From Paraspadella gotoi (Eukaryota; Animalia; Chaetognatha): DNA of 29,388 nucleotides. The DNA is taken from positions 20,389,452 through 20,418,839 of the forward strand of contig CM119270.1 of NCBI GenBank assembly GCA_051294375.1, in the 5' to 3' direction. The notes under the pieces were generated by a model. That model made no database searches, was not told where the DNA came from, and saw only the letters and a list, made by a program, of their open reading frames with translations. The translations under genes and the position numbers were made by a program. This document shows positions 13,384 through 23,533 of this stretch, piece by piece (the first letter of the stretch is position 1; the number at the start of each line of letters is the position of its first letter).

Positions 13384-15589
13384 TCTCTCTCTCTCATCTT
13401 CTCTCTCTCTCTCTTCTGACAGTGGCGACGTTGTCACGTTCCACCGGTCCGGCTACAAGACGCATAGCTGTTTCCTATGGCNNNNNNNNNNNNNNNNNNN
13501 NNNNNNNNNNNNNNNNNNNNNNNNNNNNNNNNNNNNNNNNNNNNNNNNNNNNNNNNNNNNNNNNNNNNNNNNNNNNNNNNNNNNNNNNNNNNNNNNNNNN
13601 NNNNNNNNNNNNNNNNNNNNNNNNNNNNNNNNNNNNNNNNNNNNNNNNNNNNNNNNNNNNNNNNNNNNNNNNNNNNNNNNNNNNNNNNNNNNNNNNNNNN
13701 NNNNNNNNNNNNCGAAGGAAATTTCGTTTGCGACTGCGAAGTTGGATTCGAAGGGAAAAGATGCGAAGTCAATGTGAATGATTGTAGAGGGAATCCTTNN
13801 NNNNNNNNNNNNNNNNNNNNNNNNNNNNNNNNNNNNNNNNNNNNNNNNNNNNNNNNNNNNNNNNNNNNNNNNNNNNNNNNNNNNNNNNNNNNNNNNNNNN
13901 NNNNNNNNNNNNNNNNNNNNNNNNNNNNNNNNNNNNNNNNNNNNNNNNNNNNNNNNNNNNNNNNNNNNNNNNNNNNNNNNNNNNNNNNNNNNNNNNNNNN
14001 NNNNNNNNNNNNNNNNAGAGAGAGAGAGAGAGAGTCGGCAAGAAATAAGATGTAATCTCGGGATATATACTAGATCATATCTAGATCTAAGTAAACATAT
14101 TAAAACGAAGGGAAATTGTTAATTTCTTAATTTTATTAATTCAACTGGAAACAACAATAAGAGATAAGAAAAGTAAAATCGGTATTAAATTTTGGTAAGT
14201 GAAGTAACTGACCCGAAAAGACAACCGCCTTACCCTCTAAAATGGGGTACTCTGGGAAAAGATAGCCGCCTTACCCTCTAAAATGGGGTACTCTGGGAAA
14301 AGAGAGCCGCCTTACCTTCTGAGAGAGAAAAATAGTCACGTGATTTGATTTCCATCGTCGATTTTTCCTTTCTAAAAAAAAAATTACCAGAAGAGAAAAG
14401 ATGAGAAAATAAACAAACAAAAACAAACGAAGGAAAAATAAACAAGCGAGGAGTTGATTCCGCGCTTTATTGGCTGAGCCCAGGGAGAGAGAGAGCAGAG
14501 ACTGATGAAGAAGATGGCACTGAGAAGAGAGAGAGGATGAGACGAGAAGAGGCAGAGAGAGAGAAGGAGACGTCTTGCTCATATGTTGTTTTACGGCTGG
14601 AAATCGCGATCTATAAAGTTCAAAAGTAGAATAAGTCAATCACCGATGGAATTTCCTTGCGTCATCTGTATTGCAAAATATGAGAGATCGGCCAAGAGGC
14701 AGGATGCAGTGGAGATGCCAGGTAGAGATGGCAGTGGAGTATTGGCATGATGGCAGTTGAAGATGGCCCAGTGTTGTAGATGACGTAGAGATTGCACTTG
14801 AGTCAGATGGCAGTGAGAGATGGCACCGTGGAGATGACTTAGAGGTGGCAGTGAAGCATGGGCAATAGAGATTATCAATAGAGATTCGCAGTCGCGCGGT
14901 GGCAGTCGAGATGGCATGTAGGAGTTCGGTGTAAGTGGAAGATGGCATACGTTAGCAATAGAGAGGGTAGTGGAAATGGCAATGGAGGATGGCAGTGACG
15001 ATCGATGGTGCTGTGAACAAAGATTTTTAGTAATATAACCTTTCTAAAAGGCGTCATAAATGTCACAAATAATGTATAAATTATTTTCTTCGTATAACTT
15101 TTAACGCCTTAACGGCACTCCCCTAACCAAGCACCTCCCACCCTTTTCAACCTCCACCTCCCTCACAGAATGGCGCCCACCTGGCGTCGACGGGCGTGCG
15201 ACTCCTTCTATTGCATCTGCTCAACGGTAAGGACAGGGTGCCCGTCTGCACCCGACAAACAACGACGGATTGGCCGACGCGGCGCCGGACCCACTCCGGT
15301 TTCCGGTCTCGACTCCCGGCGGATTGGCGCCGACGGCATCCGCTGTTCGTCGGCATCTCCCCTTGCGCCAACAACGGCACCTGCGGGATTTTACCGTGGC
15401 GGATTCAATGTGCGAATGCAAAGGCGGGTGGAAGGGAAAGCGCGGTGCCATCTGCCGTGAGAAACACTGCGACGCCGAAACTTGCAACAATGGAGGAACT
15501 TGTGTTTTGGAACCAAGACGCTTCCTTGTGTGTCTCTGCGCCAGCGGGGTTTAAAGGCTATGAGCGTGGGAGTGGGGTGAGAGGGGGAC

Positions 15590-15625
<36 letters not shown>

Positions 15626-18600
15626 GACGAGAGAGAGATGAGACAGAGAGAGAGAGAGAGAGAGGAGAGAAGAGAGAGAGCAGAGAGAGAGAGAGCGTAA
15701 GAAAAGGGAAAAGAAGGAAAAAATGGAGAAGTAAAATATCTAAAATAACAAAGAAAAGTAAGTTCTAACATATCAACAGAAACAAGAATAGTAAAATAAA
15801 ATAAATAAAATAGAAAGAATTAGGGAAGAAAGAACTTAAGAACGGCACAGGAGAAAAATTAATGTCGATGTCAACACTTAAAATATAAAAAAAAATTTTG
15901 TTGTCGAAAAAAATTTTAAAAATATTTTTATCTTTTCGGTTCTAATTTCTCTCGAACGAAATGTTCGAATTTTGCTTACTTTTCTACTATTTTCTTCATG
16001 TAATTTTTTAAAAAGAAAATAATAAAAACAAAAGACGTTCGAGTTTCAGGTTCAGGTTTATTAAAAAAAAAAAATTTTAAAAATATTCTTTTAATCTAAA
16101 AAAATTTCCGGAAATATCAAATCACGGAAAACTTTATATTAAAAAAAATGCTAATAAAAAATGTTAGAAAAAGAATGAACTGAAAATATAATTAGATTAA
16201 ATAAATTAAATTAACTATTTAAATTAATTTCATTTTGTTTTTTTTCTAGTCGCTAGGAACTTTTAACAAAGTTTTCCTCTTTTTTTTTTCTCCTTCGTCT
16301 AATTGAAATTTCTTCTCTCCCTTTTTTATCCTCCTTCCTCACCCATTTTGCCCTTTCACTCACTCTTCAACACCCCAAAAGGCAACACGTGTCAACTCCG
16401 CTCGGACTCGGCTTGTCCGGACCGCGCGTGCGCCAACGGAGGAACGTGCGTACCTTCGGGCGACGACGCGTACACTTGCATGTGTAAAGAAGGCTGGGCG
16501 GGGAAAGACTGCAGTACGAACGTGGACGATTGCACGCCCAATCAGTGGTAAAAATAAATAAATAAATAAAAAAATAAATAAATAAAAAATAAATAAACAA
16601 ATAAACATATCAATCAATCAATCAATCTCTTCTTTCAGTTACAACGGGGGACGTTGCAAAGATTTTGTCAATCATTTTAGCTGCGATTGCGCGCCTGGAT
16701 TCGCTGGTCCAGACTGCAGAATAAGTAAGTATTGATAATTTACTAAATCGTTGATACGAAGTAGTAATATATTAATTATCCATTCAATTCATAAAAAGGC
16801 CATGGTGCCCCTGACTTTGAACAGGCTGTTGTGGGTTCTTACAAGACAATAATTTAATTCTTATATTCTCTCCCTCCGATTAATTTTTGGTATAAGAGTT
16901 TAAATGTTGAATCCATTACCCTCTTCCCATCTTACCCAAACCCCTTCCCCCCCCCAACCTCCCCCTCTCTTCAAAGACCTCAACGAATGCTCGACTCGGC
17001 CCTGCGCGTCGGGCTCCACCTGCGTCGACGGCATCGCCGGGTTCCGCTGCCTCTGCCCGCCCGGCCGATCGGGCACCCGCTGTCAGATCGCTTCGGCCGT
17101 GGCCTTCGGTCGGGCGACGCTGCCCTGCGCACACGCGGGACGGATCTACGTGGACGGAACGAGATGGCAGCACGAGTGTAACGAATGCGCGTGCGAAGCG
17201 GGGAAGGTCGCGTGCACGAAGATATGGTGAGTGTGTGAGAGGGTTTGAGGATGTGACGGAAGGATGTGTGACGGAGAAGGTGGGGTGTGAGATATTTTAA
17301 TCGGAGGGGACAAAGGGACAAGATTACGAATGAATAAGGGAAGAAACAAATAATGAATGAATGAATGAATGAATGAATGAATGAATGAATGAATGAATGA
17401 ATGAATGAATGAATGAATGAATGAATAATTGAATGAATGAATGAAAGAATGAATGAATGAAGGAATTAATGAGTGAATAAATGAATGAATGATGGATTGA
17501 ATAAACAAAAGAATGAATGAATTTTTTACGTTCATATTTGCTATAAAAGCAAAGATATTTTAACTATTTATAATTTTTTACTGCAAAACATCTATCATAA
17601 TCTATCTGACAAAATACACTTTACTCGAAGGAGATGACTTAAATCATTTTCTCTTCTCATCCAAGATAGAAAAATCAAATGTTTTATGATCTCTTGAGTT
17701 TTGATGGAACCGAGCGTCTGCTTGGAGAATATTTGATTGTGTCGCCGCTGAAAAATTTATAGTAGTATCTCTCTCTCTCTCTCTCTCTCTTCCCTTTATC
17801 AATATCCATGTTTCATAACCCATCACCACAGGTGCGGACCTCAGACTTGCATCCGGCACCCGAATGTCACTGAACCCGTGGTGCAGTGCCGGTCGCCCAA
17901 TCGGCACTGCGCCGCCTCCGCCGTGGATGCCGGTTGCTTCCGCCCGCCCTGTCTGCCCTGGGGTCAGTGTCGGAAAATGCCGGATTTGGAATGGAGCGGA
18001 GGCGGAAAACGGGACCGAGAGGTAGGGAGGAGGATTCTTTGTTTTTAGGAGAGAATATATATATATATTCTTCCTTTCTTTCTTTCTGTATTTCTTTCTT
18101 TCTGTATTTCTCTACTTTCAACTGTCTTTCCTTAATGATGATTAATTGAACCACGGAAATGCACGTTATATTTCTTTTTTTTCTTTTTTTTTCTTTTTAT
18201 TTCTTTGCGACTTTCATTCCTTCTTTTTACTTTTCCCTTTCTTTCTTAAGTTTTGATTATTTTTTCCTTTCTTTCCATCTGTCTTTCCTTTTTTCTTTCC
18301 CTCCTTCTTTCCATCTCTCTTTTCATCTTTATTTCCCTCCTTTCCATCTTCTTTCGCTCTTTCTTTTCATCTTTCTTTCCCTCTTTCTTTCCTTTTTTTC
18401 CATCTTTCTTTCTCTCTCTCCATCTTTCTTCCTCCTGATACCAATTAATCCCATCAGCTTCTCAACATCCAATTTCCAATTTCAATTTCTTTTCCTACTC
18501 TTCCTCCTCCTCCTTCTCTTCCTTCTTTTTCCTCCTCACAACTTTATTCTCGACTCTTGTGCCTTTTGATGCCACCTGATACCAAGAGGTGGCATCTCTT

Positions 18601-19646
18601 TGCCTTCGACGCCATCTAATGCCATTTCTTTGCCTCTTGACGCCATTAAATGCCATTTCTTTGCCTTCGACGCGATGTAATGCCATTTAATTGCCTCTCA
18701 CGCCATCTGATGCTATTTCCTTTCATTTAACTTTATATAATGCCATTTCTTTGTCATGGTGCCATCTACTAACGCTATTTTTTTTCTCACCCAATCCAAA
18801 TCCAATCCCCACCCAATCCCCATCCAATCCCCTCCAGATCCCTTCCTCCGCCCGTCAGCCTCTCATCGGGTCACACTGCCTCCCCAACTCGGCCGTCCTC
18901 AGCCCAAACTGCGCCAGGATCACTTTGCTCTTCGACAAAGGGCGTCTGCCGAGGGTAAGGGCAAAGGGGGGTAAGGGGCGGTTTGAGGAAAGAAAAGAAA
19001 AGAAAAGAGAGGTCAGAATTTGTCTTAATCTTCTCTTTGACGTATAATCGATTTCTGCTAAAATCGGACACAAAAAAACGACAAAACGTTTTGAACGAAA
19101 ATCGATTTCTTTTATATTTTTTCATATTTCTATATTAAGAAGACGAACTGTATTACTTAATATTTATATTTTTAAGTTTTTTTTTGGTTTACATTGATTT
19201 AGAGATAAGAATAAATAGGTTTAGTTTAAATATTCAGCTCTCTTTCTCAAAAGCGCTCCATTTTAGTTTGCTAAATTCCCTAATTATTAACCCAATCCCT
19301 CTGACTTATGCTTAACATAATCTCAACTTGATTGTGAATATAAGTAGAAAAGGGGCGCTCTGGGAAAATAAGACCAAATGTTTTTTAACTTATTCTTATG
19401 TTTAGTAAAAAAACAGATTAAAGTTTAAATTTCTATAATCTTCAGGGCGTGACGGTGTTCGGGATTTGCAATGCGCTTCGATATCTCAAAGAACTTCGTC
19501 CTTACGCCGAAAATAGAGATCTGGTGATTTTGTGTCAAGCGAAAGTCGCCACTGTGGAATCTGTCGAAGTCACTGTGGTAAGTTTAAGAGAATATCACTG
19601 TGAATTAGGTAGCTTTGTTTCTTGATTTTTTTTCTCCCTCAGGATT

Positions 19647-19728
<82 letters not shown>

Positions 19729-20056
19729 TATCTCTTTCTCTTTTCTCTGGTTTCCATTTAAAGTCTTCTTTATTCAAGTCGCTAATTAGTTTTCTTTCTC
19801 TTCTTTTTTTCTTTTGTCTCTTGATTAGCAATAGACTCCGTTAAAGAATTCTGCACGAGTTCATTCTTGGAGATACTTGGAGATAATGCTCATGATTATG
19901 ATGATGATGATGATGATGATTATGATGATGATGATGATGATGACGATAACGAAGATAATGATGATGATGTTGATAACGATGATGATGATGATGATGATGA
20001 TGATCTTAACGAAAACGATGATGATGATGATGATGATCTTAACGATAATGATGGTG

Positions 20057-20088
<32 letters not shown>

Positions 20089-21643
20089 GATAGCAATGAT
20101 GACAATACAAATGATGATGTTGATAACGATGATGAATATAAAGATGTTAATGATGATGATGATGGTGGTGATAATGGCGATGACGTCGATGATATTGATT
20201 ATGTGGATAATGCTCTGATAAAGTGGATGATAATGATAAAGATATTGATGATGATAATGACAATTACAAAACTGTCTTCGATAATTATGCCAAAAATAAT
20301 GACGTTGAAGATGATAATAATCATCACCGTCTCATTAATCACCATTAAAACCCCCTTCCTCTCTCTTTCCCCCTCACACCACCCCCCTCCCCCTTCCTTC
20401 AGTCCACCCCGGCGACGCCCCCACCCCCGACGTCAAATCCGCCGCCAACAAAATGGCGGAGATGATTTCTCGTCGCCGTAGCAACGCGACGGCGCTGGCG
20501 GCCATCTTAGAAGTCAAGGTGGAAACGACGGTAGAGGCGCTGCAGTCGTCGAGTGAGTTAAAAAGAGGGGGGCGGTGGAGGGGCGAGGTTGGGGGAGTGG
20601 AGGGGATGAGGGTAAGTTAAAGGGGAAAGGGGTATGGGTAAAGTCGATGCTAGGATGGGAAGTATTATTATATTAATTCTTGTATTGTAATATTTATCTA
20701 CCGTTCACCAGAAAATAAAAAAAACTCTTTTTAACAATTTTCCAAAAAAATGATTCGTTGAAAAACTAAAATCTATTACTTATTTGTTAAATAATCAGAT
20801 CGTTATATATATATTTTTTATTAATACCAAAAACAGTATTATATTTAAGTTTTCTTTTACCCCAGTTAAATTAGAACGAATCGTTCGTGTGAACGGAATT
20901 TCTTATCAAGAAAGAGTCAATGTTTCTCGTAAGTTAAAATTGTATTTGTATAAATTTAAAATTGCTCGATTAGACATTTGAAAAATACAGAAAATATAAC
21001 CAAAAATATTCTAAATTTTTTTTTTCGCTTGAATGTGGGCTGCCTTTGCTTAAAAGACCTGAAAAAGAAAACAATAAATAATAAACAGTTATAATCCCCG
21101 TTTCTTGTGCCTTCATTTTAGTTTAGTTCGTTTTCCGAATGTTTTATTCTTTTCTATACAAATTTAACTAAATGCGGAGCTAACAATTTATACATATAAG
21201 CTCCTTAATCCTTTTATACATATATATATCCCGCTAAAACCCTCTCGTATTAAACTAACTATTTCCCCTCGACTTAAAAAAAAAAGGAAAAATCGCTGAA
21301 TCGATTTTTGCCTTTCACAAACCCCGCCCGTGTGATCGTTCACCTCGACAAAGAGATGAATGAGTCACTGATTAAACTTACCCTCTTTTTTGACCTCACC
21401 TCACCTTTCCAGGACCCGCCTACCTCATTCCGCTCCTCTGCTCCCTCATGGGAGTCATTGGCGCCGCCGCGGTCGCCATCCTCGTCTTTTGGCATTTCCG
21501 GCGAGGGCGCTACCTGGCCACGCCCACTCAGAAGAGGCGTCGTCCGTCGTCGTTGGAAAGTCTGCAGAACGATTTGAGATCCGTGGCGTCGAGTGGAAAG
21601 GGGGACTCGCCGAATAATCAGGTGAGCGGGGGAGAGAGAGAGA

Positions 21644-21727
<84 letters not shown>

Positions 21728-21760
21728 AAGGGGGACTCGCCGAATAATCAGGTGAGCGGG

Positions 21761-21799
<39 letters not shown>

Positions 21800-21838
21800 T
21801 AGAAAGGGGGACTCGCCGAATAATCAGGTGAGCGAGAG

Positions 21839-21878
<40 letters not shown>

Positions 21879-21922
21879 AAGGGGGACTCGCCGAATAATC
21901 AGGTGAGCGGGGGAGAGAGAGA

Positions 21923-21966
<44 letters not shown>

Positions 21967-22095
21967 AAGGGGACTCGCCGAATAATCAGGTGAGTGGGGG
22001 AGAGAGAGAGAGAAGAGAGAGAGGAGAGAGAGAGAGAGAGAGAGAGATAGATAGAAAGGGGGACTCGCCGAATAATCAGATGAGCGGGGAGAGAG

Positions 22096-22173
<78 letters not shown>

Positions 22174-23533
22174 TAGCGACATCTCCGTTGACGATTTGAG
22201 GCAATTACCTTCCGCAAACAAATTTGCCAACTTCCTCTTGATCAACAACGTTTAACCTTAACCTTCCTCCTTTTTTCCCCCAACAAACCTCTTCCTAACC
22301 CCAATCTCTCTTCCTTACCCTCCCCTCTTCCCTACCCAACCACCCCAAACCAACAGAACGAAGAGAACCTTCGTCGCTTCCGCAACCCTTTACCCAATCC
22401 GGTCTACGAGATGTCCGACTGCAGCATCGTCTCTCCCTCACGTTGCGGCAGCTTAGTCTCTCCTTCAAACTGCAGCAGCCTCTCTCCCACTTCCTTCGAC
22501 GCCTCCAACGTTTTGCGGCAGAGCGCGCGCAAATCGCTTGCGTTTTCGCCGACGACGCCTGCGCCAAACTGGCCGTCGACGACGACGACGACGACGCCGA
22601 ATTTTTACGTCGAGGTTGACGAAGACATTTTTGAGATCGAGAAGATTAAAGGCGTCGGCGGCGGCGGCGTCGGCGGCAGCGGCGGCAGCGGCGGCGCCAA
22701 AGCCTCGCAGTCTTATCCGGCGAATTTGTCCGGTGTGACGTCGCCGGGATCTGGATTCGGCGGACTCCATCACTACGCCAATATTCATCATCCTGAGGTG
22801 AGACGAATTTTCGTGAAGCGCCTCGATTCTGTTCCTCATTTTTAAACTTAATTGTAACAATATCTTACTAGGTATATCTCTAACTAAATACACAATATAA
22901 TCCCTAACGTTAAGCTTAAGTTTAACCTTATTATTAAATCTACTGAAAAAAAAAATTTCTGAAAGGGTAAGTTGGCGAATCGTTAGTAAGTTAAAATGAT
23001 TGCCTCCGAGTAAAATCGTATTTTGTTACAATTAAAACGAAAAAAATCTTGGATTCTTGAAAGAAATGAGTTTTTCACAAAAACGTTTAAAAAATACAAA
23101 TATCATCGAAAATCAATTGCAGAGAAGATGCTTGTTAAAATTAGAACACTTTTGTTCCTTTAAATTTACTTTTAACTTTAATATTAAGTATAAAACCCTA
23201 AACTCTAACCTGAAACCCTAATCGCTATCCTAATCCCAATCCTAACCTCTAATCTAAAAAAACAACCCAATTCCAAATTTAAGATGAAATGCGGCGTTCT
23301 GGGTAAATAAGACCAAAATTAACCCTTTTCTTTTTCTCTCCCACAAACAGTTGAACTCATTTCGCTCGAAAACTAAAACCAAAAACGTCAACGTGGAAAT
23401 CGAGAGGAACAATCTTCAAGTCGCGGCTGCGGCGGCTGCAGCTGCAGCATCTGCAGCAACGGCTGCGTCTGCAGCAGCTGCGGAGGAAAAGAACTCGAAT
23501 TCATCGCCTCCTCGACGCGACGTCCTCTTCTAG
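5211..23533 (+). CDS. Ser/JAG: Serrate/Jagged-type Notch ligand, multi-exon gene, 5'-partial (overall span)
   Basis: About 17 exons, nearly all with GT-AG boundaries and matching phases. The order is tandem EGF repeats, cysteine-rich VWC-like domain (absent from Delta), juxtamembrane domain ending AILEVKVET, one TM helix, then an ICD. Repeat-by-repeat resemblance to JAG1 as recalled, e.g. [12 protein letters not shown] and CTKIWCGP. Confidence 0.96.
7795..10165 (+). repeat. ~70-bp tandem minisatellite, roughly 30 copies, intronic
   Basis: Consensus CCACCTTACTATGGCTTCATAGTGTAGTGGTTACAGGTGGGTAGCGAGGCTGTATGAAATTTTCTGCTGT; copies differ mostly by scattered indels; ends at an N gap. Confidence 0.97.
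10199..10358 (+). CDS. Ser/JAG: Serrate/Jagged exon: EGF4 and start of EGF5
   Basis: ttccag acceptor; [53 protein letters not shown]; gtgagt donor, phase 2. Confidence 0.93.
10376..10425 (+). repeat. 50-bp exact duplication of the preceding exon's 3' end
   Basis: Identical to 10308-10357 (TCATTGTCAGATCAACCATGACGATTGTCTCAGTCAGCCCTGTCTCAATG). Confidence 0.93.
11238..11428 (+). CDS. Ser/JAG: Serrate/Jagged exon: EGF5-EGF6
   Basis: ctccag acceptor; [63 protein letters not shown]; gtgagt donor, phase 1. Confidence 0.95.
11490..11803 (+). repeat. Degenerate (AAATCT)n hexamer repeat with AATCCTAATCTAAACCTGAATACTT superunits
   Basis: Direct reading; fills most of the intron. Confidence 0.8.
11857..11940 (+). 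CDS. Ser/JAG: Serrate/Jagged exon: EGF7
   Basis: tcacag acceptor; [27 protein letters not shown], with the short C-x3-C spacing of Jagged EGF7; gtgaga donor, phase 1. Confidence 0.93.
11972..12114 (+). repeat. (GAAAA)n microsatellite
   Basis: Direct reading. Confidence 0.92.
12147..12283 (+). CDS. Ser/JAG: Serrate/Jagged exon: end of EGF7, EGF8
   Basis: ctccag acceptor; [45 protein letters not shown]; CAG|gtgtgg donor, phase 0. Confidence 0.93.
12901..13051 (+). CDS. Ser/JAG: Serrate/Jagged exon: EGF9 and start of the interrupted EGF10
   Basis: ttttag acceptor; [50 protein letters not shown]; gtaagt donor, phase 1. Confidence 0.93.
13423..13481 (+). CDS. Ser/JAG: Possible start of the EGF10-insert exon, running into an N gap
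   Basis: (CT)n tract plus gacag acceptor. Open in phase 1 ([19 protein letters not shown]) but with no diagnostic cysteines; supported by position only. Confidence 0.4.
13713..13798 (+). CDS. Ser/JAG: Serrate/Jagged exon fragment between gaps: end of EGF10, start of EGF11
   Basis: [28 protein letters not shown]; both boundaries are hidden in Ns. Confidence 0.88.
14225..14317 (+). repeat. 41-bp tandem repeat, ~2.3 copies
   Basis: CCGCCTTACCCTCTAAAATGGGGTACTCTGGGAAAAGA(T/G)AG starting at 14225, 14266 and 14307. Confidence 0.9.
15169..15556 (+). CDS. Ser/JAG: Serrate/Jagged exon: EGF11-EGF13, many apparent indels
   Basis: tcacag acceptor. Fragments spread over three frames: [48 protein letters not shown]. 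The expected phase-1 donor reads gctatg. Confidence 0.85.
16382..16547 (+). CDS. Ser/JAG: Serrate/Jagged exon: EGF14 and start of EGF15
   Basis: aag acceptor; [55 protein letters not shown]; gtaaaa donor, phase 2. Confidence 0.93.
16639..16724 (+). CDS. Ser/JAG: Serrate/Jagged exon: EGF15
   Basis: tttcag acceptor; [28 protein letters not shown]; gtaagt donor, phase 1. Confidence 0.95.
16977..17226 (+). CDS. Ser/JAG: Serrate/Jagged exon: EGF16 and start of the VWC/cysteine-rich domain
   Basis: tcaaag acceptor; [36 protein letters not shown]...[35 protein letters not shown]; gtgagt donor, phase 2. Confidence 0.95.
17352..17520 (+). repeat. (ATGA)n microsatellite
   Basis: Direct reading. Confidence 0.93.
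17832..18021 (+). CDS. Ser/JAG: Serrate/Jagged exon: cysteine-rich domain
   Basis: ccacag acceptor; [63 protein letters not shown]; gtaggg donor, phase 0. Confidence 0.9.
18569..18780 (+). repeat. ~30-bp degenerate tandem repeat rich in GCCAT
   Basis: Units like TTTGCCTTCGACGCCATCTAATGCCATTTC. Confidence 0.8.
18838..18954 (+). CDS. Ser/JAG: Serrate/Jagged exon: juxtamembrane region 1
   Basis: ctccag acceptor; [39 protein letters not shown]; gtaagg donor, phase 0. Confidence 0.92.
19446..19577 (+). CDS. Ser/JAG: Serrate/Jagged exon: juxtamembrane region 2
   Basis: cttcag acceptor; [44 protein letters not shown]; gtaagt donor, phase 0. Confidence 0.92.
19625..19725 (+). repeat. (TTTC)n microsatellite
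   Basis: Direct reading. Confidence 0.95.
19882..20320 (+). repeat. Degenerate (GAT)n microsatellite, intronic
   Basis: Direct reading; source of the poly-D/poly-M/poly-S ORFs. Confidence 0.93.
20403..20552 (+). CDS. Ser/JAG: Serrate/Jagged exon: juxtamembrane region 3 (needs +1 nt in the C run at 20407-20410)
   Basis: cttcag acceptor; ST(P)[47 protein letters not shown]; gtgagt donor, phase 1. Confidence 0.88.
21413..21621 (+). CDS. Ser/JAG: Serrate/Jagged exon: transmembrane helix and proximal ICD
   Basis: ttccag acceptor; [26 protein letters not shown] (TM), then HFRRGR (stop-transfer) ...KGDSPNNQ; gtgagc donor, phase 0. Confidence 0.93.
21597..22170 (+). repeat. Six copies of exon end plus splice donor separated by (GA)n
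   Basis: GAAAGGGGGACTCGCCGAATAATCAGGTGAGC at ~21597, 21726, 21802, 21877, 21965 and 22054. Confidence 0.95.
22357..22797 (+). CDS. Ser/JAG: Serrate/Jagged exon: intracellular domain
   Basis: caacag acceptor; [23 protein letters not shown]...[10 protein letters not shown], 441 nt open; GAG|gtgaga donor, phase 0. Confidence 0.9.
23351..23533 (+). CDS. Ser/JAG: Serrate/Jagged terminal coding exon
   Basis: aaacag acceptor; [24 protein letters not shown], poly-Ala, [16 protein letters not shown]; TAG at 23531-33. Confidence 0.88.
   Translation: MNSFRSKTKTKNVNVEIERNNLQVAAAAAAAAASAATAASAAAAEEKNSNSSPPRRDVLF

Noticed and set aside
15557-15562. Genuine GC-AG intron donor
   Set aside because: gctatg is a poor GC donor and sits in an insertion-rich stretch; likely gtatg with a spurious base.
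19867-20481. 204-aa Asp-rich ORF
   Set aside because: Translation of an intronic (GAT)n repeat; it overlaps the true exon in the wrong frame.
21597-22170. CRISPR-like repeat-spacer pattern
   Set aside because: The spacers are (GA)n microsatellite and the repeat is the Serrate exon end; no cas genes.
5211-23533. Assignment as Notch, Delta or Crumbs, or as a pseudogene
   Set aside because: No LNR/ankyrin or laminin-G segments; a VWC-like domain and Serrate ICD motif are present; lesions are clustered indels only.
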